Source: Mobula hypostoma (lineage: Eukaryota). Taken from it: a stretch of 64,000 bases of DNA. The translations under genes and the position numbers were made by a program. Position 1 is the stretch's first letter. Every line of letters starts with the position of its first letter. Location: assembly GCF_963921235.1 (NCBI RefSeq), contig NC_086097.1:238454001-238518000 (forward strand), written 5' to 3'. Shown here one piece after another: positions 36,225 to 48,509 of this stretch. The notes beneath the pieces are model-generated. The model was not told the DNA's origin. It made no database searches and saw nothing but the letters and a program-made list of their open reading frames with translations.

Positions 36225-38221
36225 TTGTGTCATTGGCGAGCTTGACAACGTGATAGTTTGGATGTTTGGCCATGCAGTCACGTGTGAGCAGAGTGTACAG
36301 CAATGGGCTCAGCACACTCAGCACACAGCCGTGGATGGCACCTGTATCGAGGATGATGGGGAGGGAGCAGTGGTTACGTATGTTGACTGTCTGAGGTCTG
36401 CTGGTTAGGAAGTCCAACTCCCTGCATAGTGGGGTATTTAGATTGAGGAGTATGAGTTTGTTCACCAAGGCCCGTGGGGCAATGCCGAACTGAAATCCAC
36501 AAACAGCATTCTGACATAAGCGTCCTTGTTTTCTAAGTGTGTCAAAGCTGGTGCATGACAGATGCTATAGCACCTGTCGTAGAGTGGTTCTGTTAGTAGC
36601 ATATTGGTTAGTGTCAAATACGGCAGGAATGGGGCTTTTGATATGTGGCATTACTAGCTGTTCAAAGCATTTCATGATGACTGGCATCGGTGCCACCGGG
36701 TTATTTAGTTCAGAAGCTGTAGAGTTCTTTGGTACAGAGTTGATGGTGGCTGATTTGAAGAGTGTTGGGACAGCAGCGTGAATGAGTAAAGTGCTGATGA
36801 TGTTCGCGAAGAATCAGTAAGCTTGCCTGTTCTCAGCCTGGCCTGGGTCCCTTACTTGACTCTCTGCAGAGTCCTTCTCACATCTGCTGCTGTTACACAC
36901 AGTGGCTGCTCACCTGGGAGTGGGGAGAAGGAACTTATTATATTGTTTGATCTTTATCATACATCCTGCAGTTAAATTTGTACTTAATGTATACTTATTT
37001 TTCAAAGCAACATTAAGTATAGATTTGACAGCAGAATATATGATAGAGATCAGACAATAATTAATATAGATACACTCAGGAAAAATAATCACAATATTTA
37101 AACTCCAGGGTTATGCTTTTTTGATGAAATATTGTGACCAGAGAATCACATTTTCAGAACAGGTGGCAACTGAACTCATTGTACATCAATGCTCTCAGCT
37201 TAAAGTTTCTGGTAAAGTTAATTACCATATTAACAGTCCTTATAACATAATCCACCAAATAATGTTGAGCGAAAAAATAGATTACGAGTCCTAATTACCT
37301 ATTCATTCACTGTGCCCTTTATTATTTTTCTTCCTTTGTTTTCTAGCTAATCTTGTCCTAATGTTATTGTCAATTCAATTTAAGTCAAATCAAGTCCAGA
37401 TTATCATCATTTAACTGTATACATGTCTGCCGTCAAACGAGACAATGTTTCTCTGGATCAGAGAAACAAAACACAGCATTACACACAACACACAATAACT
37501 TAGGAAAGTAAGAATTAAATCTACAAGTGAATTAGGCATGAATAAAGTGTATAAATTAAATACTGTAGGGTACAGTACAAATTATCCGGTGACATTTTGA
37601 ATGTGATGTGGTAGGGAGTTCAGAAGCCTAATGGCCTGAGGGAAGAAGCTGTTTCCCATTCTGACCATTCTTGTTATCATCAATAAATGTTCAACATCCC
37701 AATATCTACTCAACAAACTAGTTTTTCTGCCCTCGCCCTTTCACACTTCCACAGAGAAATGTTCCGTGCCTTTTTGTTACCAATGTCGAATTAAAGCACA
37801 GTCCAGGATTCTTTTAAAAATCTATTTTTGCTCATTTTGCCTTTAAGTTATTCTATGAAGTAAATTGTAGTCATAGCAATGTCAATTTAAGTTATTTCTT
37901 TCAATAAAGAGTTCAGCTGTCCTGAAAATTAACAACATAGCAGCTAAAGCATTGCAATTGAACCTTTGTTAAAATTGCATGCACCACAGTGCCATAATTT
38001 AACTATGAAATGTATCAAGATTAATTATTTTAATCAATGTTGCCTTGAATGCATATTTGAGTCCCATAACTCCTTTGCCTGGTATCGTATATTTCGATTT
38101 TCTTAATGCTGTATATTTTGACTACGTGATTTCAAATTCTCAATTGAATTTTTTAGATTATAAGACATAGGTGCAGAATTAGGACGTCCAGCTTTTCGAG
38201 TCTTCTTCGCCATTCCATCAT

Positions 38222-39783
38222 AGAAACATAGAAACATAGAAAATAGGTGCAGGAGTAGGCCATTCGGCCCTTCGAGCCTGCACCGCCATTTATTATGATC
38301 ATGGCTGATCATCCAACTCAGAACCCCGCCCCAGCCTTCCCTCCATACCCCCTGACCCCCGTAGCCACAAGGGCCTCCCTCTTAAACTCCCTCTAACTCC
38401 CTCTTAAACATAGCCAATGAACTGGCCTCAACAGTTTCCTGTGGCAGAGAATTCCACAGATTCACCACTCTCTGTGTGAAGAAGTTTTTCCTAATCTCGG
38501 TCCTAAAAGGCTTCCCCTCTATCCTCAAACTGTGACCCCTCGTTCTGAACTTCCCCAACATCGGGAACAATCTTCCTGCATCTAGCCTGTCCAATCCCTT
38601 TAGGATCTTATACGTTTCAATCAGATCCCCCCTCAATCTTCTAAATTCCAACGAGTACAAGCCCAGTTCATCCAGTCTTTCTTCATATGAAAGTCCTGCC
38701 ATCCCAGGAATCAATCTGGTGAACCTTCTTTGTACTCCCTCTATTGCAAAGATGTCTTTCCTCAGATTAGGGGACCAAAACTGCACACAATACTCCAGGT
38801 GTGGTCTCACCAAGGCCTTGTACAACTGCAGTAGTACCTCCCTGCTCCTGTAATCGAATCCTCTCGCTATAAAAGCCAGCATACCATTCGCCTTTTTCAC
38901 CGCCTGCTGTACCTGCATGCCCACTTTCAATGACTGGTGTATAATGACACCCAGGTCTCATTGCACCTCCCCTTTTCCTAATCGGCCACCATTCAGATAA
39001 TAATCTGTTTTCCTATTTTTGCCACCAAAGTGGATAACTTCACATTTATCCACATTAAATTGCATCTGCCATGAGTTTGCCCATTCACCCAACCTATCCA
39101 GGTCACCCTGCATCCTCTTAGCATCCTCCTCACTGCTAACACTGCCATCCAGCTTCGTGTCATCCGCAAACTTGGAGATGCTGCATTTAATTCCCTCATC
39201 CAAGTCATTAATATATATTGTAAACAACTGGGGTCCCAGCACTGAGCCTTGCGGTACCCCACTAGTCACCGCCTGCCATTCTGAAAAGGTCCCGTTTATT
39301 CCCACTCTTTGCTTCCTGTCTGCTAACCAATTCTCCACCCACACCAATACCTTACCCCCAATACCGTGTGCTTTAAGTTTCCACACTAATCTCCTGTGTG
39401 GGACCTTGTCAAAAGCCTTTTGAAAATCCAAATATACCACATCCACTGGTTCTCCCCTATCCACTCTACTAGTTACATCCTCAAAAAATTCTATGAGATT
39501 CGTCAGACATGATTTTCCTTTCACAAATCCATGCTGACTTTGTCCGATCATTTCACCGCTTTCCAAATGTGCTGTTATCACATCCTTGATAACTGACTCC
39601 AGCAGTTTCCCCACCACCGACGTTAGGCTAACCAGTCTATAATTCCCCGGTTTCTCTCTCCCTCCTTTTTTAAAAAGTGGGGTTACATTAGCCACCCTCC
39701 AATCCTCAGGAACTAGTCCAGAATCTAACGAGTTTTGAAAAATTATCACTAATGCATCCACTATTTTTTGGGCTACTTCCTTA
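38222..39783 (-). mobile_element. Young 5'-truncated CR1 LINE nested in an older CR1 3' UTR
   Basis: ORFs 38958-39788 and 38382-38930 are in frame and separated by one TGA; full RT motif set; (tagaaaca)n tail; TSD atcat at 38217-38221 and 39784-39788. Confidence 0.95.
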
Positions 39784-40684
39784 ATCATGGCTGATTAATA
39801 AATCAATCTTTCAACCCCATTCTCCTGCCTTCTCCCATATAGGTTGACACACTTACTAATCAAGAACCTATCAATGCCCTCTATATCTATACCCAATCAC
39901 TTTTCCTCCCCATCTATCTGTGGCAATGAATTCCACAGATTCACCAAATGATTTTTGCAAAATCTTCTTAAAAAAAAAGATGACATCCAGTTAGAAACAT
40001 AGAAAGAAACAGAAAATCTCAGCACATTACAGGCCCTTTGGCCCACAATGTTAGATCGACTATGTAATGTACTCTAGAAACTATCTATTAAGCTCCATGT
40101 ACCTATCTAGGAGTTACTTAAAAGTCCCTATGGTATCCGCCTCTACCACCTTCGCTGGCAGTGCATTCCACACACCCAGCACTCTCTGTGTGAAAAGCTT
40201 ACCCCTGACATTCCCCTTGTTTCTCCTTCCAAGCACCTTAAAGCTATGCCCCTCATGTTAGCCATATCAACCCTGGGAAAAAGCCTCTGGCTACCTTATC
40301 ACTATCTTTCTTAATTACTTCTTTGTTTCGAACTTATTACATTACTCTTCAAACAATGCAGTGCTGGTGGAGAAGAAATTTACTCCACTCATATTTTTTA
40401 AAGGGCACTGGTTAGGCTTCAGTTCCTAAAATAAACTCCCCTCACCCCCCCCTTCTCCTTGGCATCTGCTGAAACAAGCCTAGGCCTTTCAGAATTTGGC
40501 CACTGCTGGTGGGAGAAGAGATGGAAATAGTTTGAGTGGAGTGGGAGCAGGTGAAGGAAGATGGAGACTGATGGTTATCACAGTACTGAAAGGATCCAAG
40601 CTGAGGCAGGATTCTAGTACCAGCCTAGCTACTCTTTAGCCCAATCCTCCATGTGGTGCAGGATGAAGTTTTTAAAATTTATTT

Positions 40685-40920
40685 TTTATTTAATGATACA
40701 GCATGGCATTTGGCTTTTCAGGCCGAATAAGCCCGCGCCACCCAAATGTGCCTATTTTACCAATTAACCTAGCAACCCATATGTCTTTGGAATATAGGAG
40801 GAAACCAGAGCACCCATGCGGTCATGTGAAGAATGTACAAGACAGTGACAGAGTTAAACCTGGGTTACTGGCACTGTAGTAGCATTACACCAACCACTAC
40901 GTTATCACTGCCGCACCGCC
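40685..40920 (-). mobile_element. V-SINE copy
   Basis: Reverse complement of the V-domain (ggaggaaaccagagcaccc) and tRNA-like head. Confidence 0.65.
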
Positions 40921-41019
40921 CCTATAAAAAGCAATGAAGCTCAGGATCAAACGCAGTCCTCTCAAGGTGGTAGACAGCAACCCTACCCACTGTGTCACTG
41001 TAGACCACAAGTCCAAGTT

Positions 41020-41783
41020 GAACATCAGAAGCTTTGACGAACTTCTATAGATGTGTATCGACTGGCGGTGTTAGGGCCTGGTAAGGAAACACCAATGCCT
41101 TTGAATGGAAAATCCTACAAAAGGTAATGGATATAACCATATAACCATATAACAATTACAGCACGGAAACAGGCCATCTCGGCCCTTCTAGTCCGTGCCG
41201 AACTCTTACTCTCACCTAGTCCCACCGACCTGCACTCAGCCCATAATCCTCCATTCCTTTCCTGACCACATACTTGCCCCAGTCCATCATGGGTAAAGCT
41301 TTCCCAACCATTGAGCACATCTACATGAAACACTGTAGTAGGAAAACAGTATCCATCATCTGAGACCCCACCACCCAGGCCATACTGTTTTCTCGCTGTT
41401 GCCATCAGGTAGAAGGTACAAGAGCCTCAGGACTCGCACCACCAAGTTAAGGAACAGTTATGACCCCTCAACCATCGGGCTCTTGAACAAAAGGGGATAA
41501 CTACACTCACCTGCCCATCCACTGAGATGACCCCACGACCAATGACCTCACTTTAAGGACTCTTTACCCTGCTATTTCAAGTTCTTGTTATTTATTGCTA
41601 TTTACTTATGTTTGAATTTGCACAGTTTATTGTCTTCTGCACTCTGGTTGATCTTTCACTGATCCTATTGTAGTTACTATTCTATAAATTTGCTGAGTAT
41701 GCCCACAGGAAAATGAATCTCAGGTTGTATGTGGTGACGTGTATGTACACTGTTAACAAAAATTCATTTTAAACTTTGAACTT
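41020..41783 (+). mobile_element. Rex1/Babar-type 3' fragment with a short nested CR1-type tail
   Basis: Same family as 560-1138; (ataaccat)n insertion at about 41133-41270. Confidence 0.65.
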
Positions 41784-42427
41784 GTTAAATTTGATGAAGT
41801 TCAATTGCTCGTTTCTGTAGTAAGTGCAGGCCACCCACATGACTGAAAATTATGGAGAATACACCAGCAGCGAAATGGTCTCCACTGCGTGTACGTGTAT
41901 CAAACATCAAGAGGGCCCAGAAGTGGACACAAACTGAAAGGCTGCTTTCCCATTTCATCTTATTTCTCACTGAATTTAAAATGAGCAGCAAGAATTCTCC
42001 ATCAGAGAACTCTATTTCTAATCACAGACGGTGCAGCATCCCTTATTATCGACTGGACGTCCTTGGCACCTTTGAGAGAAATTCCAATCTGGTAACAAAC
42101 GGTGTCAAACTGAATCTTTTTTAATTCTAGCTGAGGCTGCAAGCTGGATGAGATTGTCCAGCTTCATTTAACACACGACTCAACAGGCTGAGGTGAATTT
42201 GATTCCAGCAGTCTGGTTTGGAATTTTACATCTTCCTCAGAGAAATTACAGATCTGGGTCCTCATTCACAGTGTCAGTGCAAATAAAGCAACACCTGCTG
42301 AGTGTCATGTTTAAGCACACCTATTTCTGAAATAAAACCTTTCGCAATGGTGGCTTAAATTAGTTGAGGCCGAAAAATTCACTTGAAATTTCAATATAAA
42401 CCACTTTTTATTTATTTATTTTTAAAA

Positions 42428-42722
42428 TTTTATTTAGATATACAGCACAGAATAGACCATCCTGGACCTTTGAGCCTCGCCCTGCCAGCAACCCCTGACA
42501 ACCACCTATTTAAACCTAACCTAATCACAGGACAATTTGCAATGACCAACTAACCTACTTAGTATGACTTCAGACTGTAGGGGGAAACCAGAGCACCAGG
42601 GGAAACCCCACACATTCCACAGGGAGGATGTACAGAGATTCCTTAGAGGACGCCAGAATTGAACTCCAAAACTTTGGAACGCCCTGGGTTGTAATAGCGT
42701 TGCACTAACTGCAACATCACCA
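42428..42722 (-). mobile_element. V-SINE copy
   Basis: ggggaaaccagagcaccaggggaaacccca is the reverse V-domain; related to 51508-51782. Confidence 0.65.
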
Positions 42723-43029
42723 TACTTGAGTTTCAGGTTCTAACGGGAAAGGGGAACATTCAGTCAGGTCTTCTCTCCAAAGATGTAGCTAAAATGTATT
42801 TTGTTATTGTACATGTGGCAGATGTATAAAATTTTGATTAGAGTCCTGAGCCAGGTGAAATGGAGATCCACTTTGGTAAAAGATGTCAGGAACAGAAAAT
42901 TCACTGCCTTTTAATTTTGAAAATGGACTCTACAGAGATGAAGCATAGAAGCTAAAAGGTATGCACACTTCCTTAAGAAATACCAATGTGATGTGTTATC
43001 CATTCTTTCAATTCATTGGTTTTCTGTAG

Positions 43030-43905
43030 GGAGGAGATGGAAGAGCTCGAGGCCTGGTGCCAGGCAAATAGCCTCTTCCTCAATGTTAACAAGACAAAAG
43101 AGATGGTTATCGACTTTTGGAGAAGTTGCACCACTCACCCCCCCTTTTTACATCAGTGACACAGCAGCGGAAACTGCAAGCAGTTCCAAACACCTCGGAG
43201 TGCGCATCACGCACAACCTCTCATGGTCCCAGAATACATCCTACATCATCAAGAAAGCTCATCAACACCTCGACTTTCTGAGGATGCTGAAGAGAACTGG
43301 ACTTTGCACATCTATACTCATGTCAGTCTCCAGATGGGCCGTAGGCAGCACCTTAACAAGCAGCATTACTACATGGTATGGAAGTTGCGCTGTAGAGGAA
43401 GGCTCGGTAACGGATCATCAAAACTACCCAGTGAACCACTGGCACCATCCTACCCGCCAACAAGGGCAGAAATACAGAAAGGTGCCGGAAAAGGACCTGT
43501 AACATCATGAAGGATCTCACACACCCTGCTCATGGACTGTTTGTCCCACTCCCATCAGTAGCATCCACGCCAGGAACACCAGACTCAAAAAAGTTACTTT
43601 CCCCAAGCAAGAAGGCTGATCAACACCTCCACCCACTAAACCACTTATCCACATCCCCAAACACCATTACTTTACTATTACCTATCAGTCATCTTATGTA
43701 CAGACACTCCTGTGCCTAGCATCAATTTATGGATATACAGTACAATCAATCTATGTATATAAGCTATCTTATGTATTTATATTTACTCTGTTTTTTATAA
43801 TTATTGCTTTATCTTATTGTGTTTTCTTTTGCTGCATTGGAACTAGAGTAGCATGCATTTGTTCTCCTTTGCTAGACATGACAATAAAAAATCTCGAACC
43901 TTGAA
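43030..43905 (+). mobile_element. Rex1/Babar-type LINE 3' portion
   Basis: KHLGVRITHNLSWSQNT..IIKKAHQHLDFLRMLKR..STLTSSITTWYG peptide; caataaa tail. Confidence 0.8.
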
Positions 43906-45029
43906 TCTTCTGAATGTTAGTGAGATGACTAGTATAAGATTTCTGACTGGTTGTTGCATGTGCTCCAATTAGGATGAAAACGAGGAATAAAGTAATTGCA
44001 TTAAATATTACACTGGTATATTTAAACAAATCGAAGCATGTTTGCCTTGTGCATCAGTTTAAACATTGTTTGTTCCTGCATTCTAGCTTCTTCATGTGTA
44101 ATTTATCCAGGATGTCTTCAAAAGGTGATGCTTCAGAAAGGCAGCATCTGTTATTATAGATCCCCGTCACGCAGAACAGGCCCTCTTTTCATTACTGCGA
44201 TCAAGGAAGACACGTTCTCAACGATTTAGAAACAGCTTCTTTCCTTCTGCTGTCAGATTTCCGAATGGACAATGAACCAAGCAATGAACACTATCTCACT
44301 TTTTTTTGGCTCTCTTTTTGTACCACACAAATCAGGCCACATCGGGATCAGTATATCTTAACCCAATTAGCCAAGGTTTCATTGAAATAATTAAACAGGT
44401 AATACAATGCTACAGTCATCCATTCCAACCAAGGAAGACCCCAATAGTGATGACTATCCATCCCACTGGACCCAGACTTCCAAGGTTGAAAGAGTGGAAC
44501 TGTCTCAGTGCAATGGCTTTTCGATTTTAAAAACTCTCCTGCATGAGTTGCCAGTCAATGTTAGATAAAATGGATGCCAATCCAACAATCAATCACCATC
44601 TTTAGAGTGATTTTCTGTAACAACACTCTACAGTGTGTTTTGCAATGGAAGATCTTGTTTATTTTTATATATGTCTTTCACTAAAGGCAATTTCAAAGCT
44701 AATGTTTCAAACCGAGAAGTACTGACAGCATTGAAAATACTTATTTCATCCAATTGTTTAAGATATTCTTAACCTCCACAGGAATCTTTTCCCACCTTAT
44801 TTCACTTTATCCTTTCAATATCTTTTCTTGGCTGCTCTCCTTGAATTTATCACTTTTATTCACTTCCCTGAACCATAATTCTAATTATTTTTTGAGTAAG
44901 GTAACAGAATGAAAACAATAGGGAAAGGATGCAGAGGAGATGGGAACCATAGGTGGCGGTGGGTGTTAGGTATGTAGGTGATGGACAGCTAAAACAAGAT
45001 ATAGGAGGGGCCAGGAACTGAGCCAGGGT

Positions 45030-45620
45030 TCTGAATAGGAAAGCAAGTACGTAATACTGAGGCTTTACAAGGCATTGGTCAGGCCACACTTGGAACAGTT
45101 TTCGGCCCCTTATCTACGGAAGGATGTGATGGAATTGAAGAGGGTTCAGGGGAGGTTACAGGAATGATCCTGGGAATGAAAGGGTTATTCTATGAGGAGT
45201 GTTTGGTGGTTCTGGACTTGCACTTGCTGGAACTCAGATGAATAAGTTGGGGGAATCTCGTTGAAACTTACCAATTATTGAAAGGCCTCGTTGGAGTGGT
45301 TATGGAGATGATATTTCCTACAGTAGGATCAAAGGGCACATATCAGAATAGAAGGATATCCTAGAACAGCAATGAGAAGGAATTTCTTTAGGCAGAGTGT
45401 GGTGAATCTGCGGAATTCATTGCCACAGGTGGCTGTGGAGGCCAAGTGATTGAGTATATTTAAAGCAGAATGTTGATAGGTTCTTAATTATTAAGGGTAT
45501 CAAAGGTTAAGGGGAGAAGGCAAGGTAAAGGAGTCGAGAGAGAAAATAAATCAGCCATAATGGAATGGTGGAGCAGGTTTGATAGGTTGAACGGCCTAAA
45601 TCTGCTCCTATGTCTTATGG
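45030..45620 (+). mobile_element. Decayed CR1 3' end
   Basis: aaggcattggtcaggccacacttgga through ctcctatgtcttatgg matches the other CR1 ends. Confidence 0.8.
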
Positions 45621-46239
45621 AGATTGGGTTTGGACAGAAGAAGGCGGGCAGGAGGACCTGTGTGGCTCAGTAAGTGAGAGCAAGGAAAAGAAAGGGTGGA
45701 GTTACCTGAACTAGGAGAATTCGGTGTTTGTACCATAAGGATGTAGTTTGCAGGGGTGATAGTGGTGAAGGTAGATACTCTCAGATAGGCATATGGTTGA
45801 TAGAAAAAATGGTGGGTTATGTTGGAGGGGAAGGTTAGATTGATATTAGAGTATGTTGAAAAGTCTACACAACATTGTAGGCCAAAGAGTCTGTTTTGTG
45901 CTGTAGTGCCCTCCATTCTATGCTCTACTGTGCTGCACTGTTCTATAGGCAGAACTGATCATCTGTTGCATTGCAATGAAATAAGAAAATAACATGGCTG
46001 CAGTTATGTTAGACAAATATTAGTTGTTCCTATTCAACACTGATGTCCTCTGAGGCTGGATTGTAAAGAAGTCATTTGTATTTGGGTGCTAAATGTGTCC
46101 AAGTATCAGAAGTAATCTCCATACGCTTGGTTCCATTAACTGCCACATGGGGAGGGGAAAGCAACAGGTTTCCAAGATACACATTCACGCAAACACTTAG
46201 GTATTCAGTGCTGGTGATCCACTGTGAATTTCTCTGCTT

Positions 46240-46880
46240 TTCAAAGTTCAAGGTACATTTTATTATCAAAGTACATGTGTGCTACCATATTCAACCCTGA
46301 GTTCATCTTCTTGAGGGCATACTCATACTTTATGAACAAATAACTATAACAGAATCAAAGAAGGACCACCCTATTAGGGCGTTCAATCAGAATTCAGAAG
46401 ACAACAAACTGTACAAATGCAAAAAGAAGCAACACATAAATAAATAAGCAATAAGTATCAAGAACATAAAATGTAGAGTCGATGTTTGTGGAAGCATTTC
46501 AATGATGGGGCGTGAAGTTGAGTGAAGTTATTCTCTTTGGTTCAAGAACCTGATGGTTGAGGGGTGGTAACAATTCCTGAACCTGGTGATATAAGCCCTA
46601 AGGCTACTGTACCTTCTTCCTGGGGTGGCAGCAGTGAGAAGAGAGTATGTTCTGGGTGGATGGGGTCCCTGATGATGGATGTTGCTAAAGACGGACAGCA
46701 TTTCATGTAGATGTGCTCTATGGTGGGGAGGGCTTTATCCATGATGAATTGGGCTGTATCCACAACTCTTTGTAAGATTTTCCATTCAAGGAAAATCACA
46801 GGCTGTGATGTAGCCAATCAATATATTCTCCACTACATATCTATAAAAATGTGTCAAAGTTTTAGATGTCATGCGGGATC
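46240..46880 (-). mobile_element. Rex1/Babar-type 3' fragment
   Basis: LEWKILQRVVDTAQFIMDKALPTIEHIY...HPEHTLFSLLP. Confidence 0.7.
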
Positions 46881-46916
46881 TCTTGACATGAAATAGTGTA
46901 AAATGGGAAGGTGGAG

Positions 46917-47695
46917 TGTTGCAAACCCACAGGTTTCGTTTACTGTGGACTGTCGCTTTAAGAGCGTCTGAGTGAGGTGGATCTATGACGTCAGTCACAA
47001 GCTGCTGCGAACTTAAACTCATATACAGAGAGTGACCTTCAGTCGAGAGAGAGAGAGAGAGACTGGGGAAGCCGGTAGCTTCAGCTTGTTGTGGCTGGGG
47101 CTTGGAACTCTCTTCTGCCCACAAGGGTGGGTTAAACATTGGCACGGAGGCATAACGAATGTGTGACTGTCACCTCATACAATCCATAGGAGTGGATTTT
47201 GGGGTATCTTGTGGGACCACTTTTGTAGCCCTTGCCTGGGTATGTTGTGTGGTAACCCTGGAAGACGATATTCCTGTGACAGGTCACTTTCGGTGATAAT
47301 TTGTATGTGGATTTGCAATGACACGACGGACAAGATCTACGCCAACTGTTATCTCATTTTACCATTGTGGAATCTGTGGGATACTTCGTACTTACCTTTT
47401 CTCTATGTTTCACCTTGGATCACAAATATCTCTCTCCCATCATTTATCTCGTGGATTATTGAACTTTCCTACTTCACCATCTCAAGACTATAAACCTTGT
47501 TCCCCCAAGCTCAATAGTTTGGGAGTTATATTTACATACATATATACACATAACACTGTTAACTTTTGTTTATCTTCGTTAAGTTACTATATTATAAGTA
47601 GTTACTAATAAAGATAGTGGTTTTAACATCAAAATCAGACTCAGTGTGAAATCTCTTCCTGTTGGTTTGTTTCTCAAACATTACAGTTCCTAACA
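46917..47695 (+). mobile_element. Probable solo LTR
   Basis: About 780 bp beginning TGTT and ending AACA with an imperfect terminal inverted repeat (tgttgcaaac / gttcctaaca); AATAAA about 85 bp from the end; flanks ggag/agag are only a 3/4 TSD match. Confidence 0.5.
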
Positions 47696-48509
47696 AGAGA
47701 AAGAGCAGCAAAAGTATAGAGCAAGTCAAAAATTGTCCCGATGAAGGGTCTTGGCCCAAAATATCAACTCCTTACTTCTTTTTGTAGACTTTGCCTGACC
47801 TGTTGAGTTCCTCCAGGATTTTATGTGGGTTTCTCAAAAAGTAACTCCCATCTGCTTTACATGAGAACAAGCATTCAAATGCTATTGTTGTGCAGTCACA
47901 TTTCTCTCATTAAAATGTCATGTCTTGATTCCAGATGGTAGATTTATCTTTAGAATAACATTTTCCTGCCTTAAGTCTACTTATTATGTTTAAAAATGCA
48001 AGATAAGTATGAGATAACTTTGTCATGATTGAGCAACACCTCTAAATTCTGCTCTGCAGACAAGCGGTCTTCAGACAATTTGCTCATACACACCTCTTCT
48101 CAGAATCATCCAAGAATGTGAAAAATTATGCGTCTCCATGCAATAAATAGCAATTATATCTGAAAGCATTCTTCTGTAATATTCATATAAATATGCTCCA
48201 GAAAGCATGTGTCATGGGGTCTGTTAGCAATCTGACAAGGTAGGGCGCGGAGTTGCAGCAAAATGAATTTGAGAGCCCGGGCAGCTGTCAGGTTCTTGGC
48301 ATCGGCTCATCAGTCACCAGAAACTCTGCAAGGCTTGGTAGTCAAGTTCAGTGTCTGGATTCATCATCGGGCTGTCATTTCAGCACAGCCACTGCCAATG
48401 GGAGTGACTGTTGCAATCTGTAGTCCCCTAGGGTGGTACAGCTAAGAGGGCAGTCTGCTGCTGGAGCTTCAGAATACTACCGACTCTTTTCAGTTGCTTT
48501 TTCATTCTC

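Larger units (their letters stand above)
34875..36905 (-). mobile_element. Rex1/Babar-type LINE fragment (RT to tail)
   Basis: LDFLTSRPQTV...GCVLS..LSPLLYTLLTRDC...KLANDT and ADRNALHRVVKTAQ peptides; split by a PLE insertion. Confidence 0.8.

Noticed and set aside
42020..42060. Possible Deu-domain SINE remnant (gacggtgcagcatccct)
   Set aside because: Match too short to support without an alignment
44407..44568. Short + frame MLQSSIPTKEDPNSDDYPSHWTQTSKVERVEL with a vague PARP-linker resemblance
   Set aside because: Similarity is only a few residues and there are no convincing splice sites or neighbouring exons
48290..48315. CTGATGA on the minus strand as a possible host hammerhead
   Set aside because: No stem II followed by GAAA and no pairing stem I
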